Positions 8,960-17,646 of a stretch of 40,686 nt of DNA are shown one piece after another. Numbering within the stretch: position 1 is the stretch's first letter; each line of letters opens with the position of its first letter. The notes under the pieces were generated by a model, which did no database searches, was not told where the DNA came from, and saw only the letters and a list, made by a program, of their open reading frames with translations. The position numbers were made by a program, and so were the translations under genes. This DNA comes from a virus. Its lineage: Duplodnaviria > Caudoviricetes. The stretch covers positions 1-40,686 of IMG/VR virus record IMGVR_UViG_3300031965_000075. One strand, written 5' to 3'.

Positions 8960-9669
8960 TGGATCGCCACCCGCGCCGCCTCGACCAGTGCCGGCGCGTA
9001 GTGCTCGGCCAGCTGCTGCCAGGGGTCGCGGTGCTCCTCGACACCCCAGTAGTACCAGAGCTTGGCGTAGGTGGTCAGATGGGGCTCCCCGCGGAAGCTG
9101 ACGTGCTGGAAGCGATTGAGGTCGCGCAACTCCCAGACCACCTCGCCGGCGAGACCATTGACCGTCGAGCGGTCGATGTTGCGGTTGATGAGGTCCTTGG
9201 CCGGACGAAAACCAGACCGCTCGAGCTGCGCGCGGTGCAGCATGTACGGGCCGCCGCCGTGGTTCGGCTTGATCTCCAGGTGCGCCAGCCGGTCGCGCGT
9301 CACGGTGCACAGGTAGGTCGAGGTGCGCACCGCGCCATCGGCCGGCAGAGGTGCGAAGTAATCCGCCTGGACCCACGAGTCGGAGCCCACTGGCACGACC
9401 ACGTCGGCCCCGTGCTTGCCGGCGTACTCCATGCCGTCGTTGAAACGGCGCGCGAGCCATTCGTTGTTCTGCTCGAGCGTGTCGAAGCCAGCCGCGCGGG
9501 CCAGCTCGAGGTTCTCGTCGTCAGCCACGACCACGCAGTGGGCCTCGATGTCCATGCTGGCGAGCTCGTCTATCACCTGGCGGCGCTGCTCGAAGCACAC
9601 AGCGGATAGCGCGAACCGTCGCCACGAAGGGGTGACGAACCACAACTGGGTGACGGTCCGCTTCGCCAC
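8956..9669 (-). CDS. Glycosyltransferase, GT-A/GT2-like
   Basis: N-terminal 'WFVTPSWRR', 'VVVADD', and 'N..LA.RFN.G.......ADVVVPVGSDSWV' (DxD-equivalent). Confidence 0.7.
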   Translation of the reverse strand: MAKRTVTQLWFVTPSWRRFALSAVCFEQRRQVIDELASMDIEAHCVVVADDENLELARAAGFDTLEQNNEWLARRFNDGMEYAGKHGADVVVPVGSDSWVQADYFAPLPADGAVRTSTYLCTVTRDRLAHLEIKPNHGGGPYMLHRAQLERSGFRPAKDLINRNIDRSTVNGLAGEVVWELRDLNRFQHVSFRGEPHLTTYAKLWYYWGVEEHRDPWQQLAEHYAPALVEAARVAIQ

Positions 9670-9675
9670 ACCCGC

Positions 9676-9825
9676 TCAGTCCTTCTTGGCCTTGGCGGCC
9701 CGCGCCTCGGCAGCCGCAGCGGGATCGGCCACGACCTTGATGTTCTTGCCCTTGTAGCCAGCGATGCCGCGATCCGGGCGGACGCGCTGCTTCGGCAGGA
9801 AGATTGGGCCCTTGGTGTCAGTCAT
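9676..9825 (-). CDS. Small basic protein after capsid gene
   Basis: 49 aa from ATG 9825 with a GAGG RBS; Lys/Ala-rich end. Confidence 0.5.
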   Translation of the reverse strand: MTDTKGPIFLPKQRVRPDRGIAGYKGKNIKVVADPAAAAEARAAKAKKD

Positions 9826-9875
9826 GGGAGCGGTACCTCTTTCGGTGGGAGCGCTGATGGGTGGGTAGACCAGCT

Positions 9876-9913
9876 CGGTGTGCTCGGCGCCTGAGATGGC
9901 GCCGAGCACACCG
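9876..9913 (-). terminator. Perfect 16-bp inverted repeat after capsid stop
   Basis: CGGTGTGCTCGGCGCC-N6-GGCGCCGAGCACACCG, about 27 nt downstream of the capsid gene; no U-tract. Confidence 0.7.
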
Positions 9914-9940
9914 GGCAGGTCAGGGTCATCTCAGGTCAGC

Positions 9941-11251
9941 TCAGGTGCTGGCCGGAGCCCACTCGCTGAGGGTGATCTCGACAAAAGCGCCCGGGAAGTA
10001 GATCGGGAAGGCGATCCGCTTCTCGAACAGGACCACCGCCAGGTTGCGGATGAAGAAGTCCGAGTGCTGCTCCGCCACGCGGATGGTCAGAGGCTCGCGA
10101 TCGAAGATCGTGGCTCCTGCCCGTCCGCCGACCAGGGCGGTGCCCTCGGCCATCGCCTCCGACTCGACCCGTGGCAGCCGCCAGATAGGCGGTGAGTCCG
10201 GTCCGCCCGTGGCGAACGGGTCACCGGCCCGGTAGCGGCCATCGTTGTCCTTGAGGAAGTCGAACTCCTCGGAGTCGACCGGATGGACGATGACGAAAGT
10301 CGGCGGGATGCGGCCCGTGCCGGTGCGCGCCAGGCGCCGCGCCGTCCGCACACCCTCCAGGTTGGCGAGATCGCCGAGCCCGGTGAGGTTGAGCGTCTGG
10401 AGCCCGGTATTCTGGTCGTCCAGAATCCCGATCAGGTCCGGCGCGGTGCCGTCTCCGTTGAGGAACTGGTCCTCTTCGGCGAGGTCGAGCATCAACGACC
10501 CCTGGTTGTCGATCAGGGACCGAATCTGGTTGACGTCGGACAGCGCCTGACGGGTGACCGCCATCCAGGTCGCGATCCAGGTGGCGCGCGCGGTGCGCTC
10601 CTCGAGGCGAATGCTGGACTGCGGCTTCAGGCCCGCCGCATCGGTGGCACTGGTGGACTGAGCGACTGCAGCCGCCGCGTTGTCGAAGCCGACCTGCGCG
10701 ACGTACTCGATCGTGTCGCCCGACGGCATGTTCTCGTTGGCGAACAGGCTACGGACGGTCAGCGGTCGCTGCGCCAGCGGCAGGATGCCGGGCTGGCGGA
10801 AGGTCGGCACAACCTCGGACCCGCCGGAGCCGGTGTGCACGACATCGGTCGCCGCGGCACCGAAGCGCGTGCGACGGCTACCGACCACGACCGGGCCGGA
10901 GTCGAACTTCGAACCGGGCACGAGCAGGCTGGAGTTGCCGATCACAGCCTTGAACTCCGCCGACTCGACGAACTGCTCGCCCGGAGTCTTCTGGGACTTG
11001 CCGTCGATCTCGGCACTGGCGAAGCTCAGCGGCTGGCCGCCGGCCTGGCCCTGGTACCACTGAAGGCGATCCTCCAGCTTCTCGGCGTTGCCCTCGCGAT
11101 CCGCCTGCTCCGCATATGCCGCGTCGGCCGCGACGAACTCGGCGGTCAGAGCGTCGAGCTTCTCAGGATCCGCGTCCTCGCGTTCCTGGTAGGCCTTGAC
11201 CTCCAACCCCTTGGCGAGCGCCTGCTCGCGCAACTCTACTGCCTTAGACAT
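9941..11251 (-). CDS. Major capsid protein (HK97 fold)
   Basis: Start MSKAVELRE at 11251 after GAGAGG. Coiled-coil delta domain, 'IATW....RQAL.D', 'EEDQFLNGDGT..LIGI' and 'DFFIRN.....EKR'. Confidence 0.95.
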   Translation of the reverse strand: MSKAVELREQALAKGLEVKAYQEREDADPEKLDALTAEFVAADAAYAEQADREGNAEKLEDRLQWYQGQAGGQPLSFASAEIDGKSQKTPGEQFVESAEFKAVIGNSSLLVPGSKFDSGPVVVGSRRTRFGAAATDVVHTGSGGSEVVPTFRQPGILPLAQRPLTVRSLFANENMPSGDTIEYVAQVGFDNAAAAVAQSTSATDAAGLKPQSSIRLEERTARATWIATWMAVTRQALSDVNQIRSLIDNQGSLMLDLAEEDQFLNGDGTAPDLIGILDDQNTGLQTLNLTGLGDLANLEGVRTARRLARTGTGRIPPTFVIVHPVDSEEFDFLKDNDGRYRAGDPFATGGPDSPPIWRLPRVESEAMAEGTALVGGRAGATIFDREPLTIRVAEQHSDFFIRNLAVVLFEKRIAFPIYFPGAFVEITLSEWAPAST

Positions 11252-12476
11252 GGCCGGATACCTCTCTTCGAACGTGGGAAGTCGCGAGCGCAGCACTGGC
11301 CCGTGCGGCGGCAAGCCGCATGGGATGGGGTGGGCTCGCGTCGGCCTCCTCCGGCTCGTCCGTATCGAGGTCCGTAGCAACGGGATCGCTCACATCGAGC
11401 GGGGTGAGAGCAGCCAGCTGCTCCCGGGCCTGGGCGGAGAGGGGTCGTCCCTCCTTCGCCCGTAGTCGCTCACGCTCTCGGTAGTGCGCGATCATTCGGT
11501 CACGCTCCGAATCCCAGAGCGCGGCCTGCTCGTGAATGGGAAGGGTGGCCATGAGGGCCGAGATCGCCTCCGGCACCGGCAGCAGCCCGGCTGCAGCCAG
11601 GAAGCTGGGGTTGGCGCCGTTGGCCTTGAGAATCATCTGGTGCACGGTGGCGTCCAGCGTTTCGACGCGATCGACGAGACCCGCCGTCTTGGCCTTCTTG
11701 GCGGTGAAGACATCCGCTTTCCAGCCGCTGATGACCTGGGTGGCTTTCACGCCCCGGCCCGCGGCGACGTCGCCCACGAAGAGGGCGTAGTAGTCGTCGG
11801 CGATGCCCTGCAGCTCGGCACGGCCCTCGTCGGAGAGGGGCAGATGCTCGTTGCCGTCGGCCTTGCCGGCGCCGGCGGTGATGAGCGTGACCTTGACGCC
11901 CTCCATCTCGTCCGCCTTCGAGACGTCGTGGTGCATGCCGATGATCCCGACCGAGCCGACGATCGCGGAGGGGCTGCCGATCACCTCGTCGGCCTGGCTG
12001 CCGATCCAGTAGGCGGCGCTGGCCATCGTCGGGTTGGCGACGGCCGCCATCGGCTTGACACCGCGGGCAGAGCGGATCTCGGTGGCCAGTTCGGTGATGC
12101 CATCGACCGATCCACCAGGCGAGTCGATGTCGAACACGATGGCGCCGACATCCGGATCCGCCATGGCCTCGCGGAAGTCGCGGGTGATGCCCTCGACGCT
12201 GGTGCCGCCCGACATGGCGGTCATCAGGTTCAGGCGCTGCGTGATGACGCCGTAGATGGGGATGACGGCCACGCCCTGTGCCCGGAGGCCACCGCGACGT
12301 GGTCCGTTGTCAGCAGCTGCGACCCGGGCCTCGATCTCCTCGTCGGTGAAGGGGGCGCCGGCCGCGCGCAGGCGCACGATCTCCTCGATCACGGCCAGCA
12401 TGGCCGGCTGTAGGGCCCACGGGCGCTCGTAGACCGCCTTCGTGATCTGGGTGTAGCGGCGAGTCGGAGCGGACAT
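11244..12476 (-). CDS. Prohead protease, S49 (SppA/ClpP-like) family
   Basis: DIDSPGG, MASAAYWIGSQAD, VGSVG, 'A...GLVD.V'; GGAGG RBS before ATG 12476. Confidence 0.93.
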   Translation of the reverse strand: MSAPTRRYTQITKAVYERPWALQPAMLAVIEEIVRLRAAGAPFTDEEIEARVAAADNGPRRGGLRAQGVAVIPIYGVITQRLNLMTAMSGGTSVEGITRDFREAMADPDVGAIVFDIDSPGGSVDGITELATEIRSARGVKPMAAVANPTMASAAYWIGSQADEVIGSPSAIVGSVGIIGMHHDVSKADEMEGVKVTLITAGAGKADGNEHLPLSDEGRAELQGIADDYYALFVGDVAAGRGVKATQVISGWKADVFTAKKAKTAGLVDRVETLDATVHQMILKANGANPSFLAAAGLLPVPEAISALMATLPIHEQAALWDSERDRMIAHYRERERLRAKEGRPLSAQAREQLAALTPLDVSDPVATDLDTDEPEEADASPPHPMRLAAARASAALATSHVRREVSGHV

Positions 12477-12481
12477 AAAAC

Positions 12482-12513
12482 GGACCTCCAAGCCATGGGG
12501 CTCGAAGGTCCTC
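12482..12513 (-). promoter_or_regulatory. SD-sequestering RNA hairpin with tandem GAGNNCC motifs
   Basis: The mRNA GGACCUUCGAGCC-CCAU-GGCUUGGAGGUCC forms 13 contiguous pairs (2 G-U) and contains the GGAGG of the protease gene. GAGGACC (12513-12507) and GAGCCCC (12503-12497) overlap the 5' arm and loop. Confidence 0.75.
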
Positions 12514-12604
12514 TGTCGATGTGCGGACTACCGCTCGGTGGCGATTCTGCCGCGCTGTCTTCTGTTGCGGGAAACTCTACACGACGCTGTCAACTCGCGC
12601 AGCG

Positions 12605-13990
12605 CTAGATCACGCCAGCGGCCTTCTCGACACGGGTGATTGCCGCCGCGATCAGTGGGTGCTCGATGAGCTCGCCGCCGACGGAGGACGTCCCTCCAAT
12701 CACGGCAATACTGCCGGCAGCCACAGGGCGGGCGATGCTCGTTACGGCGGGAATGCTCTCTCCGCCAGCCGTCAGGTGCGCGACCCCGGCGCCGGTTGCG
12801 GTGAGGATCCCTGAGCGAGCGGTAGACAGGACTGCCGTCAGGACCCCGCCACCGCTCCACAGAGCCGCACCTAGACGAGCGCTTTCGACCGACAGCGTGC
12901 CGGCACCTGCGCCAGTCGCCTCAATGACGGCACGGCGGCCCGTCATGGCGGCGAACGTTGAGACACCGCCGCCGGTTGCGGCAAGGGTGCCACTGTGGCT
13001 CTCGACTGAGCCACCCACCAACGTCGCAACGCCGCCACCGGTCGCGGTCAGGACACCAATCCGAGAGGTGGTCTCGGCGACGGTAAACTCTCCAGCGCCT
13101 GTCGCGGCGAGTATCGCTCGGCGGCCAGACTCGAAGCTGTATGTGACCATACCGCCGCCAGTGACGACCATCGCTGCCGAGCGGCTGGTCGTGAGCACCA
13201 AGGATGCGACTCCGCCGCCAGTCGTCGCCAGCGTTCCCTGCCGAGCGGCGACGGACTCGATAGTCGCCACGCCTCCGCCGGTTGCGAGTAGGTCCATAGT
13301 CCTGGCAGTCGTGGCCTCGAAGGACGCCACGCCTCCGCCTGTCGCAACCAGCGTGCCGGCGTGCTCCTCGCCGCCTTCGCTCGTCTCATACGCGAACGTG
13401 GCGACCCCACCGCCGGTGGCGGTGATTGTGGCCGGGCGATCAGTGATCGTATCGGCGGCGAATGCGCCGCCGCCGGTCGCAGCTATGGCGGAACTGCGGG
13501 CGGTGACCGCTGCCGAGGTGAATACGCCTGCGCCCGTCCCGGCGATCAGGCTCCGGGCGCCCTTCTCCCCCGAGGTCGTGAGCACGCCGCCGCCCGTACC
13601 GACGAGTGTGCCCGAGTGCTCCTCGGCGCCAGCGGCCACTTCAACCGTCTGGGTGGCCGAGAGAACGGTGTAGCTGCCGCCCGAGACAGGGGCTCCGACC
13701 ATGCGGATGGTGTAGGAGCCTGCTTCGTCGCAGGTGACGGTGATGCTCTTCTGCGCGGTCCCGTTGCTGTTGATGACCGGGTTGGTATCCGCCGTGATGA
13801 GGCCCGTGCCCGAGGCCCCGATAGTCACATACCCGCCGCCGTCATTGACCTCCCACTTAAAGTCGTAACGCTGAACCCCACCCGTGCCAGTGAATCCGGG
13901 CGTACCGGAGAAGGCGAAGGTGTCACTGATCGCCGCCGAGACTGGCGAGGCCGGCGCATCACGACTGATGCTGGTGAGGACCTTAGCCAT
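12605..13990 (-). CDS. Gly/Thr/Ala-rich repeat protein, putative virion fibre/decoration
   Basis: 461 aa: beta-rich Ig-like N-terminus (~120 aa) followed by 14 copies of a ~20 aa (T/S)G(G/A)G repeat. Confidence 0.65.
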   Translation of the reverse strand: MAKVLTSISRDAPASPVSAAISDTFAFSGTPGFTGTGGVQRYDFKWEVNDGGGYVTIGASGTGLITADTNPVINSNGTAQKSITVTCDEAGSYTIRMVGAPVSGGSYTVLSATQTVEVAAGAEEHSGTLVGTGGGVLTTSGEKGARSLIAGTGAGVFTSAAVTARSSAIAATGGGAFAADTITDRPATITATGGGVATFAYETSEGGEEHAGTLVATGGGVASFEATTARTMDLLATGGGVATIESVAARQGTLATTGGGVASLVLTTSRSAAMVVTGGGMVTYSFESGRRAILAATGAGEFTVAETTSRIGVLTATGGGVATLVGGSVESHSGTLAATGGGVSTFAAMTGRRAVIEATGAGAGTLSVESARLGAALWSGGGVLTAVLSTARSGILTATGAGVAHLTAGGESIPAVTSIARPVAAGSIAVIGGTSSVGGELIEHPLIAAAITRVEKAAGVI

Positions 13991-13993
13991 GGG

Positions 13994-14365
13994 CTAGGCG
14001 TCGTTCAAATCGAGCGATGATCCTGCTGCGGTGACGGTATATGTCCCTTGGGCCCCGAACGCCTCGTCGGTGACGTCCTTCTTGAGGTAGCGGACGGTGC
14101 CGGCGGTGTTCCACAGCGACAGCCACGAGACGGTCGTGGCGGCCGGGATGTCGACCACCACATCGCCGTTCTGCGCGGCAGCACCGGCAGCGGCTGCACC
14201 CCACGCGATCGCCTTGCGGGCATAGGCCGGGGAGCCGCCCGAGACCTCGTTATCCGCAGCGTTCGCCGCGCCGGGATCGCCCGTGTGCGCCGCCACGCGG
14301 ACGGCGACCGTCGCCAGCTGATTCAGCATGACGTTCTTGGCTTCTGCGTCGTAATCGTTGGCCAC
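13994..14365 (-). CDS. Small virion structural protein (fibre adaptor-like)
   Basis: 123 aa. 'HTGDPG.....NEVSGG..YARK.I.W' pattern, common in phage structural/fibre-associated proteins; GGAG RBS. Confidence 0.65.
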   Translation of the reverse strand: MANDYDAEAKNVMLNQLATVAVRVAAHTGDPGAANAADNEVSGGSPAYARKAIAWGAAAAGAAAQNGDVVVDIPAATTVSWLSLWNTAGTVRYLKKDVTDEAFGAQGTYTVTAAGSSLDLNDA

Positions 14366-14377
14366 CTGAGTCTCCTT

Positions 14378-15886
14378 CTAGGCTGCGGCCATCTCGCCGC
14401 ACTTCGAGCACTTGATCTCGACGGCACCCGGTGGCGTCGAAGCATCCCGCTTGGCGAGGAGGCGATTGCAGCCGGTGCATCGCACCTCGGACGACATGGC
14501 CAGCAGAGGCACTGGCTCGACCACGGCCGCCCCGTTCCCTCCGGGCAGGGCGAGTTGCCCGCGGGGGGGTTGATTCCCCCCAGCGGACACGGCGACGTAG
14601 TTGTTGGGCATGATGTAGACGTCGTCGGTGGGCTCTACCAGGAGGCCGACCGCGCGCTTGAAGTCCGAGCGCATGACCAGCCCCTTGGTGGCGGCGCCTT
14701 CGTAGCGCTTCCAGACGGCGTCGGCGAACGCCTGCATGGCCGCGACCCGGCGCCAGTCGAACCAGACATCGAGCTGCTCGCGCTCGATCTGGTCCTTCGA
14801 TGCGAACTCCGGCAGAAGCTGCACCTCGAGCTCGGCCGCGAAGAGGCGGTGGAGCGGGATGACACCCTCGGTGTAGGCGGCCACGCGCGCCTCGCCGTAG
14901 TTGGTGAATGTATTTCTGTCGAGCCCGGCGCCCAGCTGCGCGACGCCGGCGGGCACGTGGAGGTTGGCCGAGATGCGCTCCTCGGGGATCCGGCGCAGGG
15001 CCTTGAGGTCCATCTCCTGCGGCGACCAGGACAGCACCTTGATCTCGGTCGGCGCGGTCATCACCATCGGCTCGCCACGCTTGTCGCCGCCGAAGGTCTC
15101 CTTGAACTTCTGCTTCACGGACTCGGCATCGATCTTGCCGGGGGCCAGCCCGGTATTCGCCGGCGCCAGGATCACACCCGGCACCCCGAGGTTACGCAGC
15201 ATGGAGGCCGTGAAGTTCGCCGCCTCGTCGTCGGTGAAGATCTCGCGGAAGAGCGGCTCCAGCTGGTCGCGCCCCTTGCGCGGGTTGAGCGGATTCAGTC
15301 CGTTGCGGAAGTGAACGATGTTGCGCTTCTTGATCGCGTAGGCGACTCCGTCGACGGTGTACTGGTACCACTCGATGAAGGAGGTCGAGTCGCGCTCGTC
15401 CCACTTCGGCTCGACCATGAAGGCGGGCAGCCACCAGAGGGCGATGACGCGACCCGAGCGGTTGCGGACCTTCATCCAGTACGCATCGCCGCGGATGTAG
15501 TCCACGATGGTCGCCATCCACTGCAGGACGCCGGAGTAGACCTCGTTCGGCTTCTCGAGCAGCCGCAGCATCGCGCCTGGTCCGGTAGCGGCCGGCGGAT
15601 AGGCGATCTCGACCGTGTCCTGGTGGATGATGCGGACCGGTGCCTCGGGGAAGTTGGTGGCGATCCAGCCCACCACGGCGCCGACCGCACTGTTCTTCAG
15701 CGGGTCGCCGACCTCGGACCGGTAGTCGAAGCGCGTTCGGTTGAGGAGGAGCGACCAGGCGGACCGCGTGCGGAAGATGACCGATGACAGCGTCGCGGCG
15801 GCGCCGTTGAGCGCGCCGAAGCTCACGCGACCCACGCCGCGGGCCGCCGCGCCGATGGGTGTGCGATTGAGGGCGGTCAGGTCCAT
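14378..15886 (-). CDS. Portal protein with C-terminal Com-like zinc finger
   Basis: Start MDLTALN at 15886 after AGGAG. HK97-type portal motifs (LL.KPN, 'G.AYW.K.RN..G.V..LW.L', 'IVHFR', NLGVPG). Ends in RCTGCNRLLAK...VEIKCSKCG. Confidence 0.92.
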   Translation of the reverse strand: MDLTALNRTPIGAAARGVGRVSFGALNGAAATLSSVIFRTRSAWSLLLNRTRFDYRSEVGDPLKNSAVGAVVGWIATNFPEAPVRIIHQDTVEIAYPPAATGPGAMLRLLEKPNEVYSGVLQWMATIVDYIRGDAYWMKVRNRSGRVIALWWLPAFMVEPKWDERDSTSFIEWYQYTVDGVAYAIKKRNIVHFRNGLNPLNPRKGRDQLEPLFREIFTDDEAANFTASMLRNLGVPGVILAPANTGLAPGKIDAESVKQKFKETFGGDKRGEPMVMTAPTEIKVLSWSPQEMDLKALRRIPEERISANLHVPAGVAQLGAGLDRNTFTNYGEARVAAYTEGVIPLHRLFAAELEVQLLPEFASKDQIEREQLDVWFDWRRVAAMQAFADAVWKRYEGAATKGLVMRSDFKRAVGLLVEPTDDVYIMPNNYVAVSAGGNQPPRGQLALPGGNGAAVVEPVPLLAMSSEVRCTGCNRLLAKRDASTPPGAVEIKCSKCGEMAAA

Positions 15887-15894
15887 CTCATCTC

Positions 15895-17646
15895 CTACGC
15901 TGCCGACCAGACTGCCGGCGCTGCGCCATGCGCCAGCCAGCGATTGAGGGCCATGTCGAGCGCGACCATGCCGTCGATGCGCTCCGAACTGTGACGCTTC
16001 GAGGGCTTCTGATTGCCGGAGGCATCGGTCTCGACCTCGACGTTGCCGGCCATCCAGCGCAGGATGGGATGCCCACCGTGGCGCATGCCGTGTTCGAGGA
16101 CGACCTTCTCGAGTTCGCGCCAGGCCGGTCCCAGCCCGGCGTGCGTCTGCGGGATGGCGGTGCACTGGGCCCCGTCGCCCATCAGGTCGATAACGAGCTG
16201 CGTGGCGTTCCAGCGATCGAAGCCGATGTCGCCGATGGCATAGCTTTCGGCCAGCGACAGGATCTCGTTGCGGACAAAGCTGTAATCGGTGATGTCGCCC
16301 GGGGTGGCGATCAGGAAGCCATCCCGCACCCAGTCGGCGTAGGGGACGCCGTCACGCCGGCTGCGCTCATCGATCCCGACCTGCGGGCACCAGAAGCGGC
16401 ACAGTACGTCGTACCAGAAGTGCTCGCAGTCGGGCCGGTCCTGGCAGGCATGCTCGACCTTGACCTCTGGCCGCGGGGTGCGGAAGAGGAGAATGAGCGC
16501 GGTCAGGTCCTTGACGCTGGCGAGGTCGAGCCCGCCGTAGCCGCCGGCCCCGTCGGGGATCTGTGGCTCGGCACCGTTCGCGTCCCACTCCTCGATGCTG
16601 AGGGCGCGGGTGGTGACCGCGGTCGGCACGTTCATGTGGAAGCGCAGGTAGGCGGCCAGCGCGCCGGGCGAGCGCTGCGCCTTGGCCGCCCGCTCGCGCA
16701 GGAAGTCCAGCTGGACCGAGACGTTCAGGTTCGGGTTGGCCTTTGGCCACACCGCCTCGTCGAAGGGATCGTCGCCCTCGTCGAGGGTGTAGATGACGGC
16801 GAAGAGCGAGTCGTCGGTAGCACGCCCCTCGATCACCGCCACGGCGTCAGAGCGCTCATCCCACCAGACCGAGTCGCGCTTCACGCCGGAGGTCGTGATC
16901 TTCCAGATCATCGGCTGGCGTCGTGCCGATGCCGCCTTCTCCACGTTGTCGACCACGTCCCGGGTGTCGTACACGTGCAGCTCGTCGAGCAGCGCGCCGT
17001 GCGGGTTGATGCCCTGGTCCGAATCCGAGTCGCGGCCGAGCGGCTGGTAGAAGGACGCACTGGCCTCGTGCGTGATGCTGGCCGTCTGGCCGCGGCCACC
17101 GAAGACGCGGATCCCGCGCCGCCGCAGGCTCGGGCTGAGGCGCACCATCTGCGACCCCGCGGTCCAAGCCAGCTTCGCCTGGTCACGCTTACTCGCCAGC
17201 GAGTAGCACTGCGCCCCAGGCTCGTCGTCGAAGAAGGCGAGCCGCAGCATGGCGCCGGCGCCGATCGTCGTCTTCCCGTTCTTGGCGGCGACCTCGACGT
17301 AGATGAAGCGGAAGCGCCGTGTCCCGTCGGCCCGCTTCCAGCCCCAGGCCGAGCCGATGATGAAGCACTCCCAGGGGGTCAGAATGATGGCGTCCGCGCG
17401 GCCCTGGTAGTGGTGCAGCAGCGGGTAGAAGGCGATCGCCTTCTCGGCCTCCTCGCGGTCGAAGGTCAGCCCGCGCTGGTGACCGGTGGCGAGATCCGAG
17501 AGGTGCCGCTCGCATGCCTTGCGCACCAAGCGGCATGCGACGATGCGCCCCGCGGTCACGTCGAGCGCGTACTGCGTGACGGCGTCGGGCCGATCAGGCG
17601 GGATCATCCGCCGTCGTGCGCGGGGGGCCAGCGTGGAAACGGTCAT
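15895..17646 (-). CDS. terL: Terminase large subunit
   Basis: Start 17646 (ATGA overlap). 'RRFR....V..KNGKT' Walker A, LLDELH Walker B, ANPNL, GGLDLAS..DLTA, FDRWNA, RIDG.VA. Confidence 0.97.
   Translation of the reverse strand: MTVSTLAPRARRRMIPPDRPDAVTQYALDVTAGRIVACRLVRKACERHLSDLATGHQRGLTFDREEAEKAIAFYPLLHHYQGRADAIILTPWECFIIGSAWGWKRADGTRRFRFIYVEVAAKNGKTTIGAGAMLRLAFFDDEPGAQCYSLASKRDQAKLAWTAGSQMVRLSPSLRRRGIRVFGGRGQTASITHEASASFYQPLGRDSDSDQGINPHGALLDELHVYDTRDVVDNVEKAASARRQPMIWKITTSGVKRDSVWWDERSDAVAVIEGRATDDSLFAVIYTLDEGDDPFDEAVWPKANPNLNVSVQLDFLRERAAKAQRSPGALAAYLRFHMNVPTAVTTRALSIEEWDANGAEPQIPDGAGGYGGLDLASVKDLTALILLFRTPRPEVKVEHACQDRPDCEHFWYDVLCRFWCPQVGIDERSRRDGVPYADWVRDGFLIATPGDITDYSFVRNEILSLAESYAIGDIGFDRWNATQLVIDLMGDGAQCTAIPQTHAGLGPAWRELEKVVLEHGMRHGGHPILRWMAGNVEVETDASGNQKPSKRHSSERIDGMVALDMALNRWLAHGAAPAVWSAA

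Noticed and set aside
12574-12593. Internal sigma70-type promoter TTGACA...TAGAGT upstream of the protease
   Set aside because: Only 8 nt separate the hexamers, and there is no good -10 at 17 nt.
12700-13630. CRISPR array or DGR template/variable repeats
   Set aside because: The periodicity is protein-level (20 aa) with degenerate codons; no identical DNA repeats, cas genes or reverse transcriptase.
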